Assembly (NCBI GenBank): GCA_030390025.1 | Contig: CM059425.1 | Location: forward strand, 161,946,001-162,010,000 | Source: Squalus acanthias | Taxonomy: Eukaryota | Direction: 5' to 3' | DNA: 64,000 nucleotides | The notes under the pieces: model-generated | Told to the model about the DNA's origin: nothing | The model's input: only the letters and a program-made list of their open reading frames with translations | Databases searched by the model: none | Translations under genes and position numbers: made by a program | Shown here: positions 1-10,589 of the stretch, in pieces | Layout of the letters: each line of letters starts with the position of its first letter | How positions within the stretch are numbered: the first letter of the stretch is position 1

Positions 1-2924
1 TGTTTTTCTATTTTTCCTACCAAAGTGAATAACCTCATATTTCCCTACATTATACTCCATCTGCCACCTTACTGCCCACTCACTTAGTCCATCTATATCC
101 CTTTGCAGACTCTTTGTGTTCTCCTGACAGCTTACTGTCTCATCAAGCTTTGTATTGTCAGCAAACTTGGATACATTACACTCGGTCCCTTCATCTAGGT
201 CATTAATATAGATTGTAAATAGATGAGGTCCCAGCGCTGATCCTTGCGGCACCCCACTAGTTACAGCCTGCCAACCTGAAAAAGACCCGTTTATCCCTAC
301 TTCTGTCCATTAACCAATCCTCTATCCATGCTACTATATTACCCCCAACCCCATGAGCCCTTATCTTGTGTAATAACCTTTTATATGGCACCTTATTGAA
401 TGCCTTTTGGAAATCCAAATATACTACATCCACTGGTTCCCCTTTATCTACCCTACTAGTTACATCCTCAAAAAACTCTAATAAATTTGTCAAACACGAT
501 TTACCTTTCATAGAACCATGTTGACTCTGCCTAATCATGTTCTGATTTTCTAAGTGCCCTGATACCACTTACTTAACAATGGATTCCAGCATTTTCCCTA
601 CAACTGATGTCAGGCTAACTGGCCTGTAGTTCCCTGTTTTCTCTCTCCCTCCTTTCTTGAATAGCGGTGTTACATTTGCGACCTTCCAATACTCTGGGAT
701 CATTCTAGAATCTAGGGAATTTTGGAAGATCAAAACCAATGCATCCACTATTTCTGCAGCTACCTCTTTTAGAACCCTAGGATGTAAGCCATCAGGTCCA
801 GGGGATTTGTCGGCTTTTAGTCCCATTAGTTTCTCTAGTACTTTTTCTCTACTTATATTAATTACGTTAAGTTCCTCACCCCCATTAGATCCTTGGTTCC
901 CCACCATTTTTGGTATGCTTTTTGTGTCTTCTACTGTGAAGACTATTTGTTTAACGTTTCTGCCATTTCCTTTTCCCAATAATAATTTCTCCTGTCTCAG
1001 CCTCTAACGGACCAACATTTACTTTTGCTACTCTCTTCGTTTTACATACTTGTAGAAGCTCTTACAATCTGTTTTTATATTTCTTGCTAGTTTTCTCTCA
1101 TTCTATTTTTTCCCTCATCAATTTTCTAGTCATCCTTTGCTGGTTTCTGAAACTCTCCCATTCCTCAGGCTTACTACTATTCTTCGCAACATTATAAGCT
1201 TCTTCTTTCAATTTAATGCTATCCTTAACTTCTTTAGTTAGCGACGGATGGATCACTTTTCCCGTGGAGTTTTTGTTTCTAAATGGAATGTTTTTTTGTT
1301 GAGAATTATGAAATATTTCTTTAAATGCTAGCAACTGCTTATCTACCGTCATACATTTTAATCTATTTTTCCAATCTACCTCAGCCAACTCGTCCCTCAT
1401 ACCTATGTAATTGGCTTTATTTAAGTTTACATAGGATTATATAGGATATAGGGCACAGAAACAGACCATTCGGCCCAACCAGTCCATGCTGGCATTTATG
1501 CTCCACACGAGCCACCTCCAGTCTTTTCTCATCTAAATCTATCAGCATAACCCTCTAGTCCCTTTTCCCTCGCAACCATACTATTCGTTTCAACCACTCC
1601 CTGTGGTAGTGAGTTCCACATTTAACACTCTAGTTTCGGACTTAGGCAAGTCACTCTCAAACTTAATGTGAAATTCTATCATATTATGATTACTCTGCCC
1701 CAGAGGATCCTTTACTATGAGATTGCTAATTAACCCTGTCTCATTACACAATACAGAATCTAAAATAGCCTGTTCACTGGTTGGTTCCATGACGTATTGT
1801 CCCAGGAAACATTCCCGAATGCATTCCATGAACTCGTCCTCCAGACCACCGTTGCCAATTTGATTTGTCCAGTCTATATGAAGATTAAAGTCCCCCACGA
1901 TTATTGCATTGCCTTTGTTACAAGCTCCTATTATTTCTTGATTAATATTCTGTCCAACGATATAGCTATTGTTAGGGGGCCTATATACTACTCCCACCAG
2001 TGTTTTCTGCCCCTTGTTATTCCTTATCTCCACCCATACTGATTCTACTTCCTGATCTTCCGAGCCGAGATCCTTTCTCGCTAGTGTCCTTATGTCATCC
2101 TTTATTATCAGTGATACATCGCGCCCCCGCCCGCCCCCCCACCCCCGCCTACTTTTCCATTCTGCCTGTCTTTCGAAACATCAAGTACCCTGGAGCATTT
2201 AGTTCCCAAACTTGGTCACCTTGCAACCATGTCTCTGTAATGGCTATTAGATCAAACCCATTTATCTCTATTTGTGCCACTAGTTCATCTATCTTGTTAT
2301 GAATGCTTCGTGCATTCAGATAAAGAGCCTTTAATTTAATTTTTTACCATTATTCCCTACTTTGACCTTATTCTCTGCTGCACTGCTACCGTTAAACTCT
2401 CTGTCCCTTCCTGTCACATCTGCTTATTTTTACCCAAATCACCACACTGCTCTATTGCCTTGACCTTTCTCTTGAGATTTCTAAATTTCCCCTCACATGA
2501 GCCCTCCCCCCCACCCCCCCCCACCCGTTTTTTAGTTTAAAGCCCTATCTACAGCCCTAGTTATTCGATTTGCCAGGACGCTGGTCCCAGCCCAGTTTAA
2601 GTGGAGCCCGTCCTGACAGAACAGCTTCATCTTTCCCCAGTACTGGTGCCAGTGCCCCATGAATTGAAACCCCTTCTTCCCACACCACTCTTTGAGCCAT
2701 GCATTTAACTCTCTGATCTGCTTGACCCTATGCCAATTTGCACGTGGCTCAGGTAGTAATCCAGAGATTATTACCCTTGAGGTTCTGCTTATTATTTTAG
2801 ACCCTAGCTCCTCAAAATCCCTCAGCAGAACCTCATTCTTAGTTCTACCTATGTCATTGTTTCCTAGATGGACCATGACAACTGGCTCCTCCCCCTCCCA
2901 CTGGCTCCTCCCCCTCCCACCCAT
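1..2924 (-). mobile_element. CR1 LINE, decayed (ORF2 APE/RT fragments and ORF1 esterase); continues at 4571-4830
   Basis: Minus-strand ORF fragments with YLDFQKAF, KSPGPDGLHPRVLKE, VVYRPPN, GDFN; ORF1 fragment HLGNNDIG...DGLHLN. Confidence 0.93.
1431..1620 (-). mobile_element. Short 3' end of a different CR1-type family inserted in the CR1 above
   Basis: Interrupts the host CR1 frame; tail similar to 44185-44450 (acagaaacagaccattcggcccaaccagtccatg). Confidence 0.6.
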
Positions 2925-4570
2925 CCAACCATGGCTAACAAAAGAAATTAAAGTTAGTATTAAGTCAAAGGAGGAAGCTTATAAAGTTGCCAGAAAAAAC
3001 AGTCAACCTGAGGAATGGGATTTTTTTTTTAGAAATCAGCAAAGGGGGACCAAGAAATTGATAAAGGTAAAATAGAATATGAGCAGAAATTAGTGAAAAA
3101 TATAAAAACGAATTGTAAAAGCTTCTATAGGTATGTGAAAAGGAAAAGACTGGCAAAGGTAAATGTAGGTCCTTTACAGTCAGACGGGAGAATTTATAAT
3201 GGGGAATGAGGAAATGGCAGAGAAATTAAATAAATACTTTGTTTCTGTCTTCACGGAGGAAGACACAAAAAACCTCCCAGAAATACGAGAAAACCAAGGG
3301 TGTGGTGAGAATGAGGAACTTAAAGAAATTATTATTAGTAAAAAAAAACAGTACTAGCAAAATTAATGGGACTAAAAGTCGATAAATCCCAAGGACCGGA
3401 TGACCTACATCCTAGGGTTTTGAAAGAGGTGGCCATTGGGATAGTGGACGCATTGGTTGTCATCTTCCAAAATTCTATAGATTCTGGAACGGTTCCTGCA
3501 GATTGGAGGATAGCAAATGTAATCCTGCTATTTAAGAAAGGAGGGAGAGAGAAAACCGGGAACTACAGACCTGTTAGCCTCACATCAGTAGTTGGGAAAA
3601 TGTTGGAATCTATTATAAAAGGATGCAATAACTGGGCACTTAGAAACTAATAGTAAGATTGGGCAGAGTCAACATGGATTTATGAAAGGGAAATCCTGTT
3701 TAACAAACCTATTGGAGTTCTTTGAGGATGAGTGGGCGAAAACATGGCAGATGGAATATAATGTGGATAAATGTGAAGTTATCCACTTTGGTAGAAAAAA
3801 CAGAAAGGCAGAGTATTTCCTAAATGGTGAAAGATTGGGGAATGCAGATGCTCAAAGGGTGTCCTTCTACATGAGTCACTGAAAGTGAATGTGCAGGTGC
3901 AGCAAGCCATTAGGAAGGCAAATGGTATGCTGGCCTTCATTACAAGAGGATTTGAGTACAGGAGTAAATAAATCTTACTTCAATTATATAGGGCCTTGGT
4001 GAGACCACACCTGGAGTACTGTGTATAATTTTGGTCTCCTTACCTAAGGAAGGATATACTTGCCATAGAGGGAGTGCAACGAAGGTTCACGATATTGATT
4101 CCTGTGATGGCGGGACTGTCGTATGAGAAGAGATTGAGTAAACTAGGCCTGTATTCTCTTTAATTCAGAAGAATGAGAGAGGATCTCATTGAAGCATACA
4201 AAATTATTACAGGGCTTGATAGGGTGGATGCTGGGTGAATGTTTCCCTTGGCTGGGGAGTCTAGAACCAGGGGCCACAGCCTCAGGGTAAAGGGTAGGCC
4301 ATTCAGGACTGAGGTGAGAAGAAATTTCTTCACACAGAGGGTGGTGAATCTTTGGAATTCTCTACCCCAGAGGGCTGTGGAGGCTCAGTCATTGGGTATA
4401 TTCAAAACAGAAGTCGATAGATTTCTGACTAGTAAGGGCATCAAGGGATATGGCGATAGGGCCAGTGAATGGAGTTGAGGCAGAAGATCAGCCATGATCT
4501 CATTGAATGGCGGAGCAGGCTCGAAGGGCCGAATGGCCTACTCCTGCTCCTATTTCTTATGTTCTTATGT
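2925..4570 (+). mobile_element. 5'-truncated CR1 LINE with a 390-bp internal RT deletion, nested in an older CR1 ORF1
   Basis: ORF2 fragments and a 3' UTR ending in (TTCTTATG)n; the host CR1 resumes at about 4571. Confidence 0.92.
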
Positions 4571-4830
4571 TCATTCCAAGTTCTTCTCCAGCCGCGAGGA
4601 GATATCCTTAACCCTGGCAGGCAACACAGCCTTCGGGACTCTCTTTCATGGCTGTAGAGAAAAGTGTCTATTCCCCTGACTATACTGTCCCCTACCACTA
4701 CCACATTCCTTCCTTCTCCCCCCACTTGGATGGCCCCCTGTACCACGGTGCCATGGTCAGTTTGCCCATCCTCCCTGCAGTCCTTTTCCTCATCCATACA
4801 GGTAGCAATACCTCGTACCTGGTGGACAAG
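4571..4830 (-). mobile_element. CR1 ORF1 fragment (SGNH esterase N-terminus)
   Basis: Translation VVVVGDSIVRGID...LCCLPG; continuous with 2532-2924 once the nested CR1 is removed. Confidence 0.85.
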
Positions 4831-4879
4831 GTTCAAAACATTCCAGTGTCTGGACTCATACCTGGACTCATACACATCA

Positions 4880-5310
4880 GAATACGTCAGGGCAGCGTCT
4901 TCTGCCCAAACATTTTCAGGTGCTTTATCAGTGACCTTCCCTCTGCCATAAGATCAGATGTGGGGCTGTTTACGAATGATTCCATAGTGCTCAACTCCAT
5001 TCACAACACTTCTGATAGTGACGTAACTTATACTAGGCTACAGCAAGACCTGGACAACATACACGCTTGGACTAAAATAAGTGACAGGTGCATTCGTGCC
5101 ACATAGGTGCTGGGCAATGTTCGCGCCACATAAGTGTTGGGCAATGACCATCTCAAACAAGGAAAAAGCTCAACCACCTCCTCATGCGCTTCAATGGTGC
5201 CACCATTGCCGAGTCCCTTACCATCAACACCCTTGGAGGTCACCAATGACCAGAAGCTGAACTGGACCAGCCATATCAACAATGTGGCTATAAGAGCAGA
5301 GCAGAGGCTC
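4880..5310 (+). mobile_element. LINE RT C-terminal fragment (CR1/L2 group, different family)
   Basis: QGSVFCPNIF...LFTNDS...LQQDLDNIHAW and LEVTNDQKLNWTSHINN motifs. Confidence 0.75.
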
Positions 5311-7101
5311 TACCCCATGAGCCAACTCCATCCCACTATCTCATGTTTTTCCCCACTTGTGTCTCCCCACTCCTTCCAAACCTGAATTTCCAGCCCCCTG
5401 CCAGTTTGCTTTGCATCCTGGTCTTAAAAGGGACAGACTTTCTGTTCTTATATCTGCGGCTATTGGATCGCTTGGGAGCAGCAAGTACAAGAAAATAAGT
5501 TGGAAGGAACACATTCTCCTAATGGAGCCACCCAATTTTCCATCCATTAATTCAAGTGGTGGGAATAATCGGGTGGATTCCCATACCATGAGCATTCCTC
5601 CTTACCCAATTTTTCTGTATGAGCTGTGCGCAGGCAATTCAATAGGCCCAGGAAGATCTGTCCCTAAACATTTTAGAGATAAAAATTGATTACATAGGTA
5701 AATTAATATATAATAATAAACAAGGCAATTTCACAGTAAAATGGACAGAATTCGGTATTTTGGAATTCGATATCCAAAACACTGGTAAAAATATCGCAAT
5801 ACTGTGCAATAAAAACTAAATTCAACTTGTTCAGTCACCATGTATCAGTGGCCCTGACAATAATACATTGGGCATTACATCCCAGTTATAAAATAGTGTA
5901 TCCTACAATTCACCATGAGCAATGCCATGGAAAATTTGCTAGTTTATAGAAAGGTTCTGAGAGTGTCCATCACATTCCAGATGGAGAAAGAAGCCATGAA
6001 TTTTCTGACTTCACGCTTCTGGAGGGAGGCCAGAGCACATTTTGGAAATTCAGGTACGCACTGCATGTGATTTTCCAGCTATTTTTGGCAGAAATCATGT
6101 GGTACGCCTCTGAATCTTTGGTATTCCCTGCTGGCATGTGAGGCTCCTCACCAGGAGCACATAGTTGGAAAATTATCCTTTTTTTTCTGACCAGAAATTT
6201 ACAAGCACCTAGTAATCTGAAAATTTCCCTCACTAAACAATAATTAAAATCTTACTAACCTTAGAACCTTTTAAAAACACTTCTCACAAGGGAATCTCAA
6301 ACAGTGGCCTTAAAGGAACAAGTCAGGTTAGTTGTTAAACATCACAATTGTGCTTGAGACCCAGACTACTTGTAAGCTATGCCATAGGAGGTCAGCTAGG
6401 AACTATGTAGTGTATGAAGTACATGGAAACTTCCCAGAGAAAAATGAAATCCCAAGTGAATGCTGAGTATTAGGAAAATCCCCAAATTATAGGTTGTGTC
6501 AAAATAGCAAGACAGGCTCTCGGAGAACTTGGATAAGACCTGAAAACGGGCACAGGGATCACGGTGCGCAATTAACTCACACTCGTTCACAGTGTTGCAG
6601 GCAGCACGTTAAATTTGTGCTGCCTGCTCTTTTAAATGACTTCTGCGTGCAGCCAGTACTGCCCGCGCTGTTCATTGGCTGCACACATCAGGAGGGGACC
6701 TGATATCGCGAGTGTCTAACGCTACTTAATGGCAGCCTGCACCTCTTAAGGGGTCGGTGCATTGTAGCTGCAACAAGTGGTGGGACTTCTTTCAAAACTG
6801 AATCAGTACTGTGATATTTTGAATAATGGCTGAACGTGCGAGAGAGCGTGCACCAAGGTTTTCAGACAATGCACTGGATGGCGTGGTGGAAGAGGTGGAA
6901 AGGAGGAGAGATATCCTGTAGCCGCAGGGGGGCAGAGGCCCTCCAGACGCATGCTGAGGAAGCAGCAGGAAGAAATAGCGGTGGATGTCAATGCCAGGAG
7001 TGTTGCTCATCAAACATGGATGCAGTACAAGAGGAAGTTTAATGATCTTACTCAAGTTGTCAAGGTGAGTAACTTCATCTTCAAATGGCATATCCTACCA
7101 A

Positions 7102-7245
7102 CAATGTTCCCTGTAATTTTTTTTTGGGCCGCATGACCCCTTTAACGGGCTGCATGGCCCATTCAAAATTCCGCGCATGCGCGTTTTTTTCAATTTAAAA
7201 GCCGACTCACCAGCTGCGCGGGACCCCAGAGTAAAGGGAACATTG
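7102..7245. mobile_element. hAT-type MITE (144 bp) in the first intron of the Harbinger Myb gene
   Basis: 11-bp perfect TIR CAATGTTCCCT/AGGGAACATTG and 8-bp TSD CCTACCAA; the empty site is seen in the sister copy near 51397. Confidence 0.9.
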
Positions 7246-8357
7246 CCTACCAACTGCACCAATAGCCTCACCCACTGCTCAATTCACTACACCCCCATCA
7301 CTCACCTACCAACACTCTCTATCAATCAGGACTTAACCCTACCATTCATATGCTTTACCTGACCGTCACACACTCAGCACTGTTGCAAGCATCACACCCA
7401 CAGCTCACAGCCTGCACACACTGGTAACTATTGAACCATGACAGCCACATCACCCAAACATATTGCATGACACTCACTGACACACTTCCCTCTTTCTTGC
7501 AGGAGAAGATGGCGCATAACAGCAGCAAAGAACTGGAGGAGGACAAGCTCAGCTGCATATTTTAACATCCATGGAGGAGACAGTGTTGGTCATCATGGGA
7601 AGGGGCATCACTGAGGCCGTGGCCACTGGCGGCGCTGAAGCGATTGATGATGAGGTATCCACATACCTAATCCTCCTTCTCTCATTCCACTTCTCCCTCA
7701 ATCTCTTCTAAGTGAGAGGGTGTAAGCACGCACGTCTTACTTTCTCCTCTCCCCTCAGCACTCCCAACCTTTGTCCCTTTTTCATTTCAGGTACTCAAGA
7801 ATTGGAACCTGCCCATGCAGTGGAGGAACATGAAGACAGTGAGTCACTCTTACACTCACAGCCACCAGCTCAGATACTGACACTGCATGTATTTTAGTGG
7901 CTAGGATAGAGGAGGGATCTGCACGTGGCGAGACACTGGGCACAAGTGTGCAGGAGCCAGAGCGGGGGCAAAGGATAGCTCAGGTGCCAACTCGTCAGAG
8001 GGCGAAATCGCAAACTAGTTCTGCTGCAGAGAACTCAGGTGAGGACTTCGATGGGCCAGGCTACAGAAGAATGCTGTTGGATGTACACACCCAAATGCTT
8101 GGTGCACTGCAAAGCCTGCCAGAAAGCCTGCGCTCAATGTCAAGGAGCATGGAAGAGTCCAGCACCAACTTGGCACAGGGCTTTGCGCAGAGTTTGGAGC
8201 CAATCCTTTCCAAAATGGAACGGGTGGTCACCTCCATCAGCACATCTGTGGAACCCAACATGATGCAGCATTTGAAGGCCGATGTCTCAGCTTCTATCGC
8301 AACACAAGCAGCTGCCACCAAAGGTCTGAGCACTGCAGGGGAAGCTCAGACTGCTGC

Positions 8358-8565
8358 TGACATGAATCTGTCATTCATGAAATAATACTGAGTGGCCTGC
8401 GGGTGGCGCTGTCCAGGGAGAGTATAAATACTCGGGCACGGGCCCAGCTTGCGCAGGACATTCTTAACAGGAACTATGAAGGACACAACTAGACCTCCAT
8501 GTTGTAAAACAGTTGATTAAAGCTTTGTTTAACACTTAGACCAAGTGCCTAGTTTTCTTACGTCA
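8358..8565 (+). mobile_element. Solo LTR (208 bp), copy 1
   Basis: TGAC...GTCA ends, TATAAA box, ATTAAA signal, perfect 5-bp TSD GCTGC; near-identical copy at 29222-29440. Confidence 0.88.
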
Positions 8566-8776
8566 GCTGCCATGCAAGCTCAGACTGCTACCATCATAGC
8601 TCTAGATCGTCACAGAAGTCCATCAATCTGTTCTCCAACAGATTACTAGGATTGCTGAGGCGCCACCCCAGGAGAGTGGCAGTGGCTCCATGGACTATGA
8701 ACCTGCTGTACCCTCTCAGGATGACAGCATTTGTACTCCCACCCGTGCCACACCGACAGTGGCCTTGCTGTTGCCT

Positions 8777-9427
8777 GTCCCACACTTCTTACCTTTGCTC
8801 TATCACCAACCATCACATCGTCCTCTTTCTGATAACACAAAAATAAAAGCCACCAGAAAATGCACAATTCAATCCAAATTTATAAATTAAATCATGACAT
8901 AATGCATACAAAAATAAACTAATCACCCTTGTGCATTCCCTTCATGCCTCTTCTATGTGCCTTTGCCTGTCCTAGTGCTCCTTCGAGCTGCTTCCCCAGT
9001 GGCTGCAGCATGGGTGGTGGAAGGCTACTGACCTTCAATTGGCGAGACTGCAGATGGCTAGCCCAGGTGCTGCAGCCCAGGGTGAGATGGTTCAATCTGA
9101 AGCCGGGCCTTCTAGGCCAAGAGCTGCTTGAGGTCACCCTCCAAGGCCATCTGCAGTCTCGCCAATTAAAGGTCAGTAGCCTTCCACCATCCATGCTGCA
9201 GCCACTGGGGAAGCAGCTCGTAGGAGCACTAGGACAGGCAAAGGCACATAGAAGAGGCATGAAGGGAATGCACAAGGGTGATTAGTTTATTTTTGTATGC
9301 ATTATGTCATGATTTAATTTATAAATTTGGATTGAAATGTGCATTTTCTGGTGGCTTTTATTTTTGTGTTGTCAGAAAGAGGACGATGTGATGGTTGGTG
9401 ATAGAGCAAAGGTAAGAAGTGTGGGAC
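8777..9427. repeat. Long inverted repeat: 282-bp arms (8777-9058, 9146-9427), 87-bp spacer
   Basis: Direct reverse-complement comparison; I count about 5 mismatches. Mirror ORFs 8919-9275 (-) and 8929-9285 (+) reflect it. Confidence 0.97.
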
Positions 9428-9456
9428 TGTTGGTGAATGGGGAGGTGATGTTGAGG

Positions 9457-10589
9457 TTACTGGCATCGCTCATGAATTATTTGATCACGTAGAGTCCGGG
9501 CAGCAAGGGGCTGTCTATCCTCACTTCCTCTTCCAGTTTTACTTGCTCCTCCTCTGCTTCCTCGTGCTCCTGCTCCGCAGCTGATAGGTGGTGGCAAGGG
9601 CTGTTCCCTCATAATGACCAGGATGTATAGCATGCAGCATACTACCACAAATCTTGATACTCGCTCAGCTGAGCACTGCAGGGCTCCTCCAGAGCGGTCC
9701 AGGTAGCGGAAGCGTTGTTTGAGGATGCCGATGGTGTGCTCTATAATGTTCCTTGTGGCAGCATAGCTCTCATTTTATGCCTGCTGTGCACGTGTGTGGG
9801 GGTTCCGAACCAGAGGCATGAGCCATGTCATGAGTGGATAATCCTCGTCACCCAGTAGCCAGCCTTCGACTTGCCGTGGTGGGCCAAATACAGCTGGCAC
9901 AGAGGACAGCCGTAGAATGAAGGAATCATGGCTACTGCCAGGATAATGGGCATTCACCTGCATGATGTGCTGCCTGTGGTCGTACACCAGCTGCACATTG
10001 AGGGAGTGGTATCACTTTCAGTTCAGGAAAATGTCAGAGTTAACATGCAATGCAAAGCAATGTGCGTGCAGTCAATGGCACCCTGCACCATGGAGAAGCC
10101 TGCAATCTGAGCAAATCCGTGTGCTTGTTCTGCCTGCTTGTCTCTGGCAAGAAGGAATGAGATGAAGCTGTCTCTCTTTGTATAGAAAGCCTCAGTAATC
10201 TCCCTTATGCAGCAGTGTACTGCAAACTACGATATGTTACTTCTATCTTCCAGCACTAGCCTGGAAGGAGCCAGACACATAAAAGTTAAGAGCCACGGTC
10301 GCCTTGACAGCCACAGGCAATGCTTTGAGCTTGGTGTTGTGGCTGCAGCAGTTGACAGATTTCAGTCACAACCTCTTTAGTGAAGCGAAGACATCTCATG
10401 CACTGGTCCTCGCTGAAGTTCAGGTAAGGGAATTGCACCCTAAAGACCCTGGGCGGATATGGCCTCCTGCTGAGAGCCCTTATCCCATTGCTCCTCCTCC
10501 CTCTTCTAGCAGTTTGTTTTGCTCTGCGTGGTCTCTCTCTATTCCCAGTAATGCTCAATTCCAAGAGGAAGGCTTACCAGGCCACCCAT
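9457..10589 (-). pseudogene. Harbinger (HARBI1-like, DDE) transposase, disrupted
   Basis: Fragments RRPYPPRVFR...LRFTKEVVTEIC and VNAHYPGSSHDSFIL...GWLLGDEDYPL; frameshifts and stops. Confidence 0.9.

Larger units (their letters stand above)
6826..9285 (+). pseudogene. Harbinger Myb/SANT-like DNA-binding protein gene (three exons, disrupted)
   Basis: MAERARERAPRFSDNALD...EIAVDVNARSVAHQTWMQYKRKFNDLTQVVK; donors aag|gtgagt (~7064) and gag|gtatcc (~7654), acceptors at ~7502 and ~7790. End approximate. Confidence 0.8.

Noticed and set aside
3720..3740. 390-bp in-frame deletion of the CR1 RT core as a possible splicing product
   Set aside because: GT and AG lie near the breakpoints, but exact splicing would leave one more T. 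The junction fits 2-bp TG microhomology (22086-22475 of the sister copy is missing).
5970..6233. Minus-strand ORF as the missing last KIAA0825 exon
   Set aside because: No WEM-like start as expected from the human terminal exon and no matching phase-2 acceptor; the last exon is probably outside the window.
8919..9285. Two near-identical 118-aa ORFs on opposite strands
   Set aside because: By-product of the inverted repeat; no independent evidence of a gene.
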